From: Protoeuglena noctilucae
Taxonomy: Eukaryota
DNA length: 64,000 nucleotides
NCBI GenBank assembly: GCA_958009085.1
Contig: OY253669.1
Location: 992,001 to 1,056,000, forward strand
Direction of reading: 5' to 3'
In this document: positions 24,945 through 36,707 of the stretch, piece after piece
Layout of the letters: each line of letters opens with the position of its first letter
How positions within the stretch are numbered: position 1 is the first letter of the stretch
Notes under the pieces: generated by a model
What the model was told of the DNA's origin: nothing
Seen by the model: the letters and a program-made list of their open reading frames with translations, nothing else
The model's database searches: none
Made by a program: the position numbers and the translations under genes

Positions 24945-27900
24945 ATGCACATTGAGGAGATAACGATCGACGGATTCAAATCCTACGCCCAGCGGGTTGT
25001 TGTTGGGAAGTTCGACCCCCACTTCAATGCCATCACGGGCCTGAACGGGTCGGGCAAGTCCAACATCCTGGACTCCATCTGCTTCGTGCTTGGGATCAAC
25101 AACCTGAGCCAGGTGACGGCCGGGGACGGCGCTTGCTTGCGACAGAGAGCAAGAGCCACGCGCGGGCGGCGGTGGCTCCCCGCGCCACGGCCGCGAGGGC
25201 CTCGCGAGCAGACGCTGCGCCGTTGTCAGCGCTGGGCCGGGCCGGCGCGGAGGCCGCGTGCGGCCGCCCGGCTCCGCACGTTTCGGCATCTCCTCTTCCG
25301 CGCAGGTTCGCGCGAACTCCCTCCAGGACCTGGTCTACAAGAGCGGCCAGGCTGGCGTGACCAAGGCGTCCGTGTCCATCGTCTTCAACAATGAGGACAA
25401 GGACAACTCGCCGGTCGGCTACGAGGAGCACGACCGCATCGTCGTGACGCGGCAGATCGTCATCGGCGGCCGGAACAAGTACCAGATCAACGGCCAGACG
25501 GCCAACCCGTCGCGCGTCCAGAACCTGTTCCACTCCGTTCAGCTCAACGTCAACAACCCGCACTTCCTCATCATGCAAGGCCGCATCACCAAGGTCCTCA
25601 ACATGAAGCCTCCGGAGATCCTCTCGATGCTCGAGGAGGCCGCCGGCACGCGCATGTACGAGACCAAGAAGGAGGCGGCCCTCAAGGCAAGGCGGCCACT
25701 CCTGCACCCAGCCCTGCCTCGCCCGGGCGGCCCCGCCACGGTCGCGCCCTCGGCGATCCGCGGCGAGCTCTGCGCCCCTCTGCCCCCGCAGACGCTTGAG
25801 AAGAAGCAGAGCAAGGTGAACGAGATCGACACGGTGCTGGCGGAGATCCTCGGGGCCATGGACCAGCTGAAGAGCGAGCGGGCGGCGTTCCTCGAGTTCT
25901 CCACGCTGCGCTCCCGCGCCGACGAGATGAAGCGGTTCCTGGTCGCGTGGCAGTGGACCCGGCAGCGGGAGTTGGTCCAGTCCGGGGGCGAGGCCGGGGC
26001 CATGCGCACGCTGCTGGAGCAGGCCCAGGCGGCGGCCGCGGAGGCGCGCGCCGACATCCGCGACGCGGAGGCGGACATGGAGCGCGTCGCGGCCGAGAAG
26101 GAGCGCCGCGAGGACGCGGAGATGGCCGAGATCAAGGCCAGGTGTGGTTGCGGACCGCCCCATTGGGGTCGTTTGGGCAGACGCGCACAAGTGGGCGCCC
26201 GGGGTGCTCGCAAGTCCCTGGTAGTCATGCTGCGTCCCTGACCAGCTATTCTGGTCCCTCACGGTCCATGAGACTCGCTTTTGCCACGCAGGGTGGACAA
26301 GGCCACGAAGGCGCTAGTGACGCGGGAGAGCNNNNNNNNNNNNNNNNNNNNNNNNNNNNNNNNNNNNNNNNNNNNNNNNNNNNNNNNNNNNNNNNNNNNN
26401 NNNNNNNNNNNNNNNNNNNNNNNNNNNNNNNNNNNNNNNNNNNNNNNNNNNNNNNNNNNNNNNNNNNNNNNNNNNNNNNNNNNNNNNNNNNNNNNNNNNN
26501 NNNNNNNNNNNNNNNNNNNNNNNNNNNNNNNCGCTGGCGGAGCGCGAGGCGGCCGCGGGGGAGCGCGAGGCGGTGGCGGAGCGCACAGAGGCGGCACGGG
26601 AGGCGGTGGCGGCACTCGAGGGCGAGGTGGCGGTGGCCGAGGCGGCGGTGGCGTCGGCGCGGGAGGAGGCCGCGCGGTGCCGCGAGGCGCTCGAGTCGGC
26701 GCGCGCGGAGCTCCGGGCGTGCGACCAGGACCTGTCGCGGCTGGCGCGCCGCAAGGCCCAGGCGGCCCGGCAACTGGAGAAGGCCGAGGAGGAGGTGGCG
26801 AACCGGCAGCAGCAGCTGGCCGGGGCGCAGGGCGAGGTGGCGCGCGCCGAGCGGGCCCTGGCGCAGATGGAGCGCCAGGAGCCCTGGATCGCCACGGAGA
26901 AGGTCTTCTTTGGGGTGCCGGGCTCCCGGTACGACTTCGCGGAGGCCGAGGGCGCCGGGGGCTTTGAGAAGTACCAGCAGGAGCACGACCAGATGGAGGC
27001 GGAGATCAAGTGAGGCGCCGGGGCGGGTGGTGGGTGCCATGCTGGGCCAGCGCGGTCGGGTGGGGCAACAGGGCGACGCGCCGCGAGTGTCCCTGCGTGC
27101 AGGAAGAGGGACCGGTCGATCAACAAGAAGGCGCTGGCCATGTTCGACAAGGTGGAGCAGGAGTACCAGCAGCTGGCCGAGAAGAAGCGCATCGTGCAGA
27201 ACGACCGCGACAAGATTGAGCGTGTGATTGCGGAGCTGGACGAGAAGAAGCGCGAGGCCCTGGACGCCACGTGGCGCAAGGTCGACAAGGACTTCGGCTC
27301 CATCTTCTCCACGCTGCTGCCCGGCACCTCCGCCAAGCTCGAGCCCCCCGAGGGCGCCCGGTCCTTCCTGGAGGGCCTGGAGGTCCGGGTGGCGTTCGGG
27401 GGCGTGTGGAAGCAGTCGCTCACGGAGCTCTCGGGCGGACAGCGCTCCCTCCTCGCGCTCTCCCTCATCCTCGCCCTCCTGCTCTTCAAGGTGCGTTGGT
27501 TACTCGGGCGCTGTGAGGGGCGCACGCCGCGTGGCAGGGTGCCCGCTTGAGGGCCCGGGAGACGGAAGACGGACGGTCACGTTGTGCCCGCAGCCGGCCC
27601 CGATCTACATCCTGGACGAGGTGGACGCGGCCCTGGACCTGAGCCACACCCAGAACATCGGGCGCATGATTAAGGCCCACTTCCCATACTCCCAGGCGAG
27701 CCTCGGGGCGAGGCGGGGGCCGACCCGTCGCGCTCCGGCCCGTGCTTGCACTCCGCGGCCGGGCCTGCCGTGCCAGCGGCGCCTTGCAAGGGCAGGCGCG
27801 GGTGCCTGCGATGAGCTCACACTCCTCAGTGCAGCGGTGCTGACTCCAGGTCGCCGCCCCCGACCTTACCCCGCAGTTCATCGTGGTGTCGCTCAAGGAG

Positions 27901-28065
27901 GGCATGTTCAACAACGCCAACACCCTCTTCCGCACCAAGTTCGTCGACGGTGTGTCGACCGTCACGCGCACGGTGCCCACGCGGCCGGCAGCGGACGCGG
28001 CGGGCGCAGCGCAGGGCAAGGGCGCGGGCAGGGCGCGGCCGGCACTAGCGGAGAACATGCGCTGA
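24945..28065 (+). CDS. SMC2: Structural maintenance of chromosomes protein 2 (condensin core subunit), interrupted by an assembly gap
   Basis: [35 protein letters not shown] (Walker A), [73 protein letters not shown]. The hinge domain is not visible. Confidence 0.95.
26332..26531. other. Assembly gap (200 N)
   Basis: Run of exactly 200 N inside the SMC2 coding region. Confidence 0.99.
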
Positions 28066-28515
28066 GCCTTTGCCGGCCCTCCTTGCGCCGAGCCAGGGCA
28101 CATGCATCATGCCCGCACCCGTGACAATTGAAGCTGATGAGATGGCTTTCAAGATAGACGATTCGCTGGCGGCCAATCAGGTGCCAGACGGCTAGAAGGG
28201 CTCCTTCTTACTAGGACTTCGTGGTACAAAGTGGGAACACAGCCACTGTGGTCGGGGCCACGACACGACAGTGAGGCCCGGCGCATGCATGGATCAGGGG
28301 ACCCTACTGGTGGCTCACATCAAACGATCAAGCAGTGCAGTCCGAGCGGACGGCCCGGGCCTCTACAAAGTGGGCCACGGATGGCAGGCGCGGGGGCCAG
28401 CCCAGCGACGAGGGGCAGCTGGCGCGGCCGAGCCTGCCGCCGCGTGGCAGGAAAGATACGATACGACGCGCGCGCCTCGCTTTCACCGGCGTCATGCGGG
28501 GTCGCGAGGCGTCGC

Positions 28516-29853
28516 TCAGGGCTGCAAGAGCTCCTGAATCAGCTCCTGCAGCGGCGTCAGCTCCTTGCTGTCCACGAGGTTGAAGTGGAGCGTGAAGTAC
28601 ATGAAGTGCTTGAAACACGTGTTCAGGTGCGCCTGCGAGTGGTCAGGGAACCGGCAGAGGTGTGGCGGGCGTCCCACGGCATCAAGTCAGCCGGGCCGCT
28701 CGCTGAAAACGTACATGCTTGCTGCCGCCTGCCCCGCGCTGCCCGCCCACCTCTGCGCCCAGGTTGCAGACGTGCTTGAAGTGGTGGTGGTAGATGTGCC
28801 CGTAGACGCGGAAGAGGCGCTTGAAGATGTTGCGGACGACCTCGTTGAAGTTGGGCGGGAAAGGGTCGGTGGGCGCGACGGGGAAGATGTTCCGGTCGTC
28901 CAGCTGAGACTCGATCCACTCGGAGAGCTTGTCCATGTACTCGGGCGCCGAGAGCTGCGGGGTCGAAGCCGTGCCATGTCGTGGAGAGACGGGTCAAGGC
29001 ATGGACACCCCCACCATGGCACCTCATCCACGGCAGGGAGCGCCCGCGCACCTTAATTGGCTTCTTGATCTTGACGCCGTCCGCCCACAGGTACTCAAAC
29101 TTGGGACCGGCGTTCATGGTCGGGCAAGTCCTGCGGGGAGGCGCGCGCGAGAGGGTGGGTAGTCGCGTTGGGGCTTGGGGCGCTGAGTAGAGCAGCGAAG
29201 GACGCGTCGGCCCTCACCTGGTTTGGCAGAAGTCCTCCAGCATGCCGTAGAGGAAGGTCGCAGCGTTGAAGAACTGCGCGCGGGACGCGGCAAGCGCGTT
29301 CAGCTCTGCACGCGTCAGCGACTCCCGCCGCGACCCGAGGGCTCCGAGACGCGCCAAGCTCGCGAGCGCACGCGCACATATCAATCGTGGCCCAGGCAGC
29401 TGCGCCGGGCGTCCCGGACCTGCGTCGTGTTCACGGCGAGCCACTCGTTGAGGTCTTCGCCGGGTGGCAACCGCACCGCCTCCTTCACGTTCCCCGCGCC
29501 GAGCGTCGCCTCGATGTGCCGCTTCAACTGCTGTCCCTTGGAGCCCATAGGGGTGTTTTTCTTGGTCCGGAGTGTCTTGGCACTCCTGCGCACTCAACAA
29601 GTAGGGTGCGCCTCGAATTCTCGGTCAGAGCGGAGCACAAGCGCTCGCATCGTGTAGTGTCAGGTCAGTAGGGTAGCGACAGCAGAGACGGACCCCTCCC
29701 TCGCGCGGGAAGGGCGTCTCCACGCGTCCCCAAGGGAGGGCTCGCTGCTCGACGCCTCCGAGAGCGACCTCAGGCGCTCCAGGTGCCCCGTCCGCGAGGT
29801 CGACATTGAATCCGCCAATATACTCACCGGCCAAGCCCTAGGGCGCTAAACAT
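28516..29853 (-). CDS. MOB1: MOB kinase activator 1
   Basis: ATLGAGNVKEAVRLPPGEDLNEWLAVNT, CPTMNAGPKFEYLWADG..IKKP, SAPEYMD.L..WIESQLDD..IFP, IFKRLFRVYGHIYHHHF, AHLNTCFKHF. Six exons. Confidence 0.95.
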
Positions 29854-30173
29854 GGCGTCCTCGGCCCCGATCTTTGACACTGTTCGTGTTGGACGCGAGG
29901 ACACCCCCCGAAACCCCAGATGAGACGATTTCAGTGCAGACACTTGCGGACGCGGCGAGCGCACCCGCCCTGCGAAGGGGGCGGCACTGCACAGAGACTG
30001 AGAGTTCTGGCCTAGGGCAGCCCCGGCCAAGGACAGGGACGACACCTTCCATGCCGAGGCACGACAAGATCCACTTCATTCGACGTGACTTGAGCCTGCC
30101 AAGCCATCGCCTGTTCCATACGCCAGCTTGCTACCCCCGAAACGGGCCAACGCTGCGCGAAGCGTGATTGGCG

Positions 30174-31636
30174 ATGCCCTATGCCCCCAGCGGGCATGGG
30201 ATTGAGATCTTCTATGAAATTTTGACGACCCAGAGCTATCAGAAGGGGGACCACGGGGAGAATGGCATCCTGGGGCGCCTGGCGGGGGCGGCAAGAGCGT
30301 CCTCGGCAGATGGGGTCGTGCGGGTCGTCCTCGTCGCAGGGCTCGCGGCGGATAGGCACATGTGGCGCCGGCAAGCGGAAGGTCTCTTCGGGTCGAACCG
30401 GGACCCCCGGCTTCCTCAGGCGAGTCCGCACTTGCTGCCGCATGGCGCAGGTGTGAGCACACCCCCACAGCATGCCCAACAATCTCAGCATGGCGAGGCA
30501 CGCAGGTGGAGCTCATGATCCTTGATAACAGGGGCATCGGCAAGAGCTCGGAGCCGAAGGACAAGCGCCTCTACAGCATCGCGCTGATGGCGTCGGATGT
30601 CCTAGCGGCCGTGGACCACGCTGGCTGGGGGTCCTTCCACTTAGTCGGACACTCCATGGGCAGCTGCATTGCGCTGTACGCTGCAGCTCAGCACCCGCGT
30701 CGGATCCTCTCGCTCCTGCTCCTTGCCCCCGTCGGCTGGGGCGGGATATGGTCCATCCCATCCCTGCGCGGCCTCCTGTTGGCAGCCAAGAGCGGAGGGG
30801 CCAAAACCAACGAGCAGCGCGTGGACCTCGACCTGCAAGTGGGGACGGCTCCTGCACTGGGTTGAGGAACACGTGAGATGTTGGCGCTGGCTGGCGACCG
30901 TTCACCCGCCATTGCTCCTCTGCAGTGCCACTACTCGACAGCATTCTTGGACGAGCGCGTCCCAGGTGGCGCCACGCGCCGCTCCTTGCTCAGGGAGGAG
31001 TATCTGCAGAACATGAAGGACTACGGCAGGATCAGCGCGTGCGGGGAGCGAGGGCAAGTCCGCGCCGTCGTGAGCACGTGGCGGCTGAAGAAGTCCATGC
31101 TTGCTGCCCTTCTCGATGCGAAGGTCCCGTGTGCCGTCGTGTCGGGCTACAACGACATCATATGCAAGGCGACCCGGGGTCTGGACGTGGCAAAGCGCAT
31201 CCGGGCGGTCGTGCACATGACGTCCGCGGGGCACTTTGTGAGCATCGAGTCCTGCCACGAGGTCAACGTGGTGCTGGTCGATCTCATCCTCAACCACCCA
31301 GCGGGGAGTAGGGACGTCGAGGCTGGGCCTTACGCGGACGGGGCCCCACTTCACCACGTAGTCCTGGAGATGGCGAGCGAGCGGTCGGCGGGCGCAGAGT
31401 CGCGACAGCGCAGTTCCACTGCATTACGGTACGCTCTCTGCGCTGCTTTGGCCGGCGAGCAGCGCGTCTCGAGTGCCCAATCGCGCCACCAGACTGCCGC
31501 CGCCACCCCCGCAGGGACTGGGTGCCGTTGTTGTGGACGTTCAAAGGACGGCAGGGCCAGAGAGAACAGGCAGCTTAGCCGCGCGTCTCTCCGGTATCCA
31601 GGCTCGCTTACTTCTTGGGGTGCGGCCGCTGGATAA
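30174..31636 (+). CDS. Alpha/beta-hydrolase fold protein
   Basis: VVLVAGLAA, LDNRGIGKS, HLVGHSMG nucleophile motif, GYND acid region, AGHFV histidine motif. The 3' end is either 31636 (no further intron) or 31578 (with an intron near 31428-31514). Confidence 0.85.
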
Positions 31637-33293
31637 CCTCCACGCCGTTCTTGCCGGCGATGATGCACACGTCGACCATGTTCATGAAGAGACCGTGCTC
31701 GACCACGCCCTCCAGCGCGTTGATGGCCGCGGCGGCCGCGTTCGCGTCCTTGATCGCGTCCTTGAGGAAGTAGAGGTCCACGATGTAGTTGCCATTGTCC
31801 GTGACGTACGGCTTGTCGCCGTCCATCCGGAGCTTGGCGTCGCAGCCCGCCACCTCGGGCAGGGCCCGGAGCCGCTCCAGCGTGTACTTCCAGCAGAACT
31901 GCACGATCTCGACCGGCATCGCGAGCTTGGACCCGCCGAGCCCCGAGACCATCTTGGTGTCGTCGACGATGCACACGAACATGTCCGACGCCATCTCCAC
32001 CATCTTCTCGCGGAGCAGCGCGCCGCCGCGGCCCTTCACGACGTCCAGGTTCGGATCCACCTCGTCCGCGCCGTCGATCGCCACGTCCAGACGCGGGACC
32101 TCGTCCAGCGTCGCGAGCGGGATGCCCAGCTCCTGCGACACAGCCCCGGGCGGCCGGTTGCGCGGGGCGCCGAGCCCCCCCTCGAGACGCAAGGCGTGTG
32201 CGCGCTCGCCGCTCACCTTCGCCTGCTCGAACGTGCGGATGGACGTCGGGACGGCGATGATGTCCTTCAGCGAGCCGTCCTTGAGCTTCATCCCCAGGCG
32301 CTCCACGGCGAACGCGGCCGTGGAACCGGTGCCCAGGCCGACCTTCATGCCCGACTGCGGACACGCAGTAGAAGGCGGCACTCGCGGCGAGGGGCGGCCG
32401 GCGGCGTCCGGGAGGGCGCCGACGGGCGAGTCGACGACTCGGGTGTTGGGGCGGCGGCATCGCAAATGGACATGCCATGGTCCCCCACCTTGACATAATC
32501 GTCAACGGACTTGTACCCAACGACCTTCTTGAGCTCCTCCACCGTCTGGGTCGCCATCGCCAGGCACCTCACGCTGTTGGGCCTCCGCACCGGCCGCGCC
32601 GAGGGCCGCGCCTGCGAGCAGGAGGCCGATGGCTAGCCATGGAGGCAAGCGACTTCTACAGCATGAGAAGATGTCGGCAGGGCCGGAGCACTCGCGGGCC
32701 GGCGCGATGCTGCTCGGCAATGTATGCGGCACAGCCAGGGGCGAAAAGAAACCTCTCAGGTGGGGCGGGCAGGCAAGGCAGTGAGGGTTGCCGCAGCACA
32801 AACGGGGGCAGCCAGGTGCCGCGCCAATGCTGCGGAAACCACGCTGCTGCGAGAGCCCGCACCGCACCACGCAGGGATGGGGACGCCAGCGGAGATGAAA
32901 GCGAACGACAGAGAGAAGGACATAAGCAAGTCTCACTGGGCACGCCATTGACGCGAGAGCCCCCGCGCGGCGGGCTGAAGGCTGGATATCGCTGTGGGCA
33001 AAACCATGCAAGTCCGGCCGCAGGTTGCGGCGGGAGAAGAGGCGCGCATGACATCGGCTGCGACCGACGCTGAGGTCAACAGCGGTCACGCCATCGGAGC
33101 GCCGGGAGCCCGCAGAGTCGGGGTGAGTCCTCGACCACAAATGCAGGGAAGCCGGAAAGGCTCGGGGCGGGCGCGACCCGAAAAGTTGTCATGATTGGGA
33201 AAACGACAATCGAATTAAGTGACCGAGCCCGGCCTCGTGTCGCTGGGGCCCCCTCACCGTCGACGTGAAGCTGAGGGTCGCAGTCGCCGACAT
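31608..33293 (-). CDS. RPI: Ribose-5-phosphate isomerase A, probably plastid-targeted
   Basis: GMKVGLGTGSTA, IDGADEVDP, KGRGGALLREK, TDNGNYIVD, GVVEHGLF. The inferred first exon MSATATLSFTST joins ARPSARPVRRPNSVRCLA to form a transit peptide (first exon less certain). Confidence 0.92.
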
Positions 33294-33551
33294 CCTAACG
33301 CGAATGAGCCTCTGCAACGCAAGAATCACACGCTCAGGTTGCTGGGGGGCGCTGAAGGCCCCCTGAGACCCTGAGCACATGGATGCTTGCCTCGTCTGAC
33401 GGTCCAGGGCAACCCTGCCTCGTCGCGAGCATCATCTTGCCCCGCCCTCGATGCTCTGTTTAGTTATCAGGGCGTGGGTCACAGCTGGCGAGCGCAGAGG
33501 GCTGTTGCCACTGGGGGCACAGGAACGCGTGGGGGAGCTTCCTGCCTCAGG

Positions 33552-34942
33552 ATGGGGAAGCTCAAGAGCGCCCTCTCATGGGCTGACATTTATAGGGTAA
33601 GGACCGCAGGAGGGCCCGAACGCGCTTAGCGGCTCTCTGGGGGAAGCGATCTCGATGGAAAGCGCTCTTCTGTGAGCGATGCCCGCTGTTCCATGGCTTC
33701 GTGGCGCCGGGCTGTGCCTATGCAGGTAGCATATCCCATTCGCATGTCCTCGTCCCACAGGATGGCCTTGGAGCTGCAAGGACGCTTGCCTCGTCGCTGG
33801 GGGAGGCAACGCTGGGAGGTGGTCGCGCCGGCCTCACCCGGCCCGTCGGATCAGCCGCGATGCCGCGCGGTCCGTGCTCTCCGTCTACTTCGGGACGCGA
33901 GCGTGGCCCCGCCCTCCTCTCTCACCTCCGCCGCACCGCCAGGAGGCCCTGGCGGGCCTTCGCTCCTTGGACGCCCCGCTTTGCCAGCGCCGGGCCGAGC
34001 GCGCGGGCGACGGCAGATCGTCTGAGGATGCTCAACGCAAAGGGCGACTTTTCCGCGGTGGTGGAGCTCTTCGAGAGCCACGCCGTGCCCCGCAATCGCG
34101 AGACCACGGCCGAGTACGTGGCGGCGCTGCTGCAGTCGGGCCGCCTGACCCCGCAGGACGCGGCGCGCGTGCTGTCGGAGGGCCTTCGCGCAGTCGAGAC
34201 GCAGCTGCCGCTCGGGGCGCACCGGTCTGCCGCGAACGGGGGGGAGTGGGCGTCCCGTGCCGACCGCACCTCTGCACCCTGGTGGCAAGCCATGGCCGGG
34301 CCGGCCGAGGCACAGCCGGCGCAGAGCCGGCCTTGGGCGTCGTTCCGGAGCTTCCTCCCGTCGTCCTCGGCCCCCTCCGTACCCCCCGGGGCTAACCCTG
34401 CGGCAACCATGGAGGCGGCATCGACGGGGGCGGCGACGCTGGCGGCGGCGGGGCAGCTGGGCACGCGTGCGTCTCCCGTCGTGGTGCAGATGGCGGAGCC
34501 GTCGCTGGGCGCGTCGGCGTGGAAGACGGTGCGGTCGGTGGCGTCGCTGGTGCTCATGCTGAGCTTCCTCAGCGTAGTGATCGACGAGCGTGCAGGCGGC
34601 GGCATGCTCAAGGGCATGATGCAGAGCCCGGAGGCCTCCCCCAAGACGGGCACGCCGACGCGCTTCGCGGACGTTAAGGGCGTCGACGAGGCCAAGTCAG
34701 AGCTGGAGGAGATCGTCGAGTACCTGAAGGACCCCGTGAGGTTCACGAGGCTGGGCGGGCGCCTGCCGCGGGGGGTGCTGCTCGTGGGGCCGCCCGGCAC
34801 CGGCAAGACCATGCTGGCGCGGGCCGTGGCGGGCGAGGCGGGCGTGCCGTTCTTCTACGCCTCCGGGTCCGAGTTCGAGGAGATGTTCGTGGGCGTCGGG
34901 GCGCGGCGCGTGCGGGACCTGTTCGCCGCCGCCCGCAAGCAG

Positions 34943-34974
<32 letters not shown>

Positions 34975-36479
34975 CGCCATCGGGGGCCGCCGCAACCCCC
35001 GCGACCAGCAGTACGCCCGCATGACGCTCAACCAGCTCCTGGTGGAGCTGGACGGGTTCAAGGCGCAAGAGGGCATCATCGTGGTGGCGGCCACCAACTT
35101 CCCAGAGAGCCTCGACCGCGCCCTCGTGCGCCCGGGGCGCTTCGACCGGTGCGTGTGCACCTCAGCGCTCCTGGCTCGCTTGCAAGGGTGGCCGTGGTTG
35201 CGGGGTGGTTGCCAGGGAGTTCCCAACTTGCTGCGGATGGTGGTGTGGGTCACGAGAGCGGGAGGAGAGGAGAGTGGCACTCCTTTTGTGTGCCGCAGGA
35301 ACGTGTATGTGCCGCTCCCGGACGTGATGGGTCGCAAGCAGATCCTGGAGGCCCACGCCCGCAAGGTGCGGCTGGCGAACGGCACGGACATGACCGCCAT
35401 CGCCAAGGGCACCAGTGGGATGTCCGGCGCCGACCTCGCCAACGTCGTCAACCTGGCCGCCCTCAAGGCTGCCAGGGATGGCCTTGAGACGGTGGACTCC
35501 AACGATCTCGAGTTCGCCAAGGAGCGCATCCGGTGCGTGTCAGCTGTCTTTGGCAGTAAGCCAAGTGTGCCAAGTGTTGCGGTCTTAGAGAGGCGCTAGG
35601 GTTTGTCAGAGTGCGGGTGGCAAAAGGGATTGCGGCTGGCAAGGGGTCCACCACCGCGCGCGTCCATGCAGGTTCGGGACGGAGCAGCGGTCGCGTGTCA
35701 TTCCCGACGATCAGAAGCGCCTGGTGGCGTTCCACGAGGGCGGCCACGCGCTCGTGTCGCTCTACACAGCCGGGGCGCACCCGCTGCACAAGGCCACGAT
35801 TATTCCACGGGGCACGGCCGGCGGCATGACGATGTTTTTGCCAGATGACTCCCGCACCCTCACGTCCCGCAAGCAGCTGATGGCGCAGCTGGACGTGTCG
35901 CTGGGGGGCCGCGTGGCGGAGGAGCTCGTGTTCGGGGAGGCAGAGACGACGACCGGGGCGTGGGATGACCTGCGGAAGGCAACGCAGGTGACTGGTGGGG
36001 CGGGGAGGTGGGGGATGGGACCGTGGCGTGGGGTTGGGTGGCGTTGCTGGCTAGGGTGGGAAGGAGGGTGAGAGAGGCTGTGAAAGGGTTCGGGGCCAGT
36101 GGCGTGACAGTTCAGGATGCGTGTCCACTTGCTGACCGTGCACGCACCAAATGACACCCCCATCCCTGGGTCCCCCCCGCAGCAAGCCATGGCGATGGTG
36201 ACGCAGTTCGGTTTCAGCGAGCGCCTGGGGTACGTGCACTTCAAGGAGGAGGACCTCAAGTCGCTTTCTGACAAAGAGAAAGAGACGATCGACGCGGAGA
36301 CAAGGCGGCTGGTGCAGGGGGCGTACGAGCGGGCCAAGAAGCTGCTCAGCGAGCACCGGGCGGAGCTGAACGCGCTGGCGCAAGAGCTGCAGGACAAGGA
36401 GACACTGACCGCGGAGCAGATCCGGGCGGTGTGCGTGCGCGCGGGGGGGTCGCCACCCGAGGCCCCGCAAGCCGCTTGA
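33552..36479 (+). CDS. ATP-dependent zinc metalloprotease FtsH4/YME1-like (mitochondrial i-AAA)
   Basis: Single [21 protein letters not shown] (Walker A); FIDEIDAIG (Walker B); RPGRFD; AFHEGGH (HEXXH); LGGRVAEEL. Five exons. Confidence 0.93.
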
Positions 36480-36634
36480 ACCGGGTGCAAGTTGCGGTGC
36501 TTGCGGGAGGCCATTAGAAAGGTTGGGGCCCCACAAGCGGCGCCTGACGCGCCGCAGAGACAGGGAGCTAGCGTCGTAACGAATCATTGAAGCGAATCGA
36601 TGCGCCGGTGGTGGCTTTGTCATTGCTGCGACAA

Positions 36635-36639
36635 TGTAA
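36635..36639 (+). terminator. Candidate TGTAA polyadenylation signal of the FtsH4-like gene
   Basis: TGTAA ~155 nt after the stop codon in an AT-richer 3' region; UGUAA is the known poly(A) signal in several chlorophytes. Confidence 0.4.
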
Positions 36640-36707
36640 TGCAGTGAAGTCACTGATCTTCGTGATATAATCGTTGGAAAGATCTCTGCAGTGCACTTTT
36701 GGTAACG

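Noticed and set aside
32613..33257. Long (~645 nt) first intron of RPI as a snoRNA host
   Set aside because: No convincing box C/D or H/ACA arrangement was found by eye; needs Infernal/Rfam.
25687..35298. Stop-free 3n introns (SMC2 25687-25791, FtsH 35149-35298) as protein insertions or inteins
   Set aside because: They have splice signals, their removal restores conserved motifs, no intein motifs are present, and stop-free introns are common at high GC.
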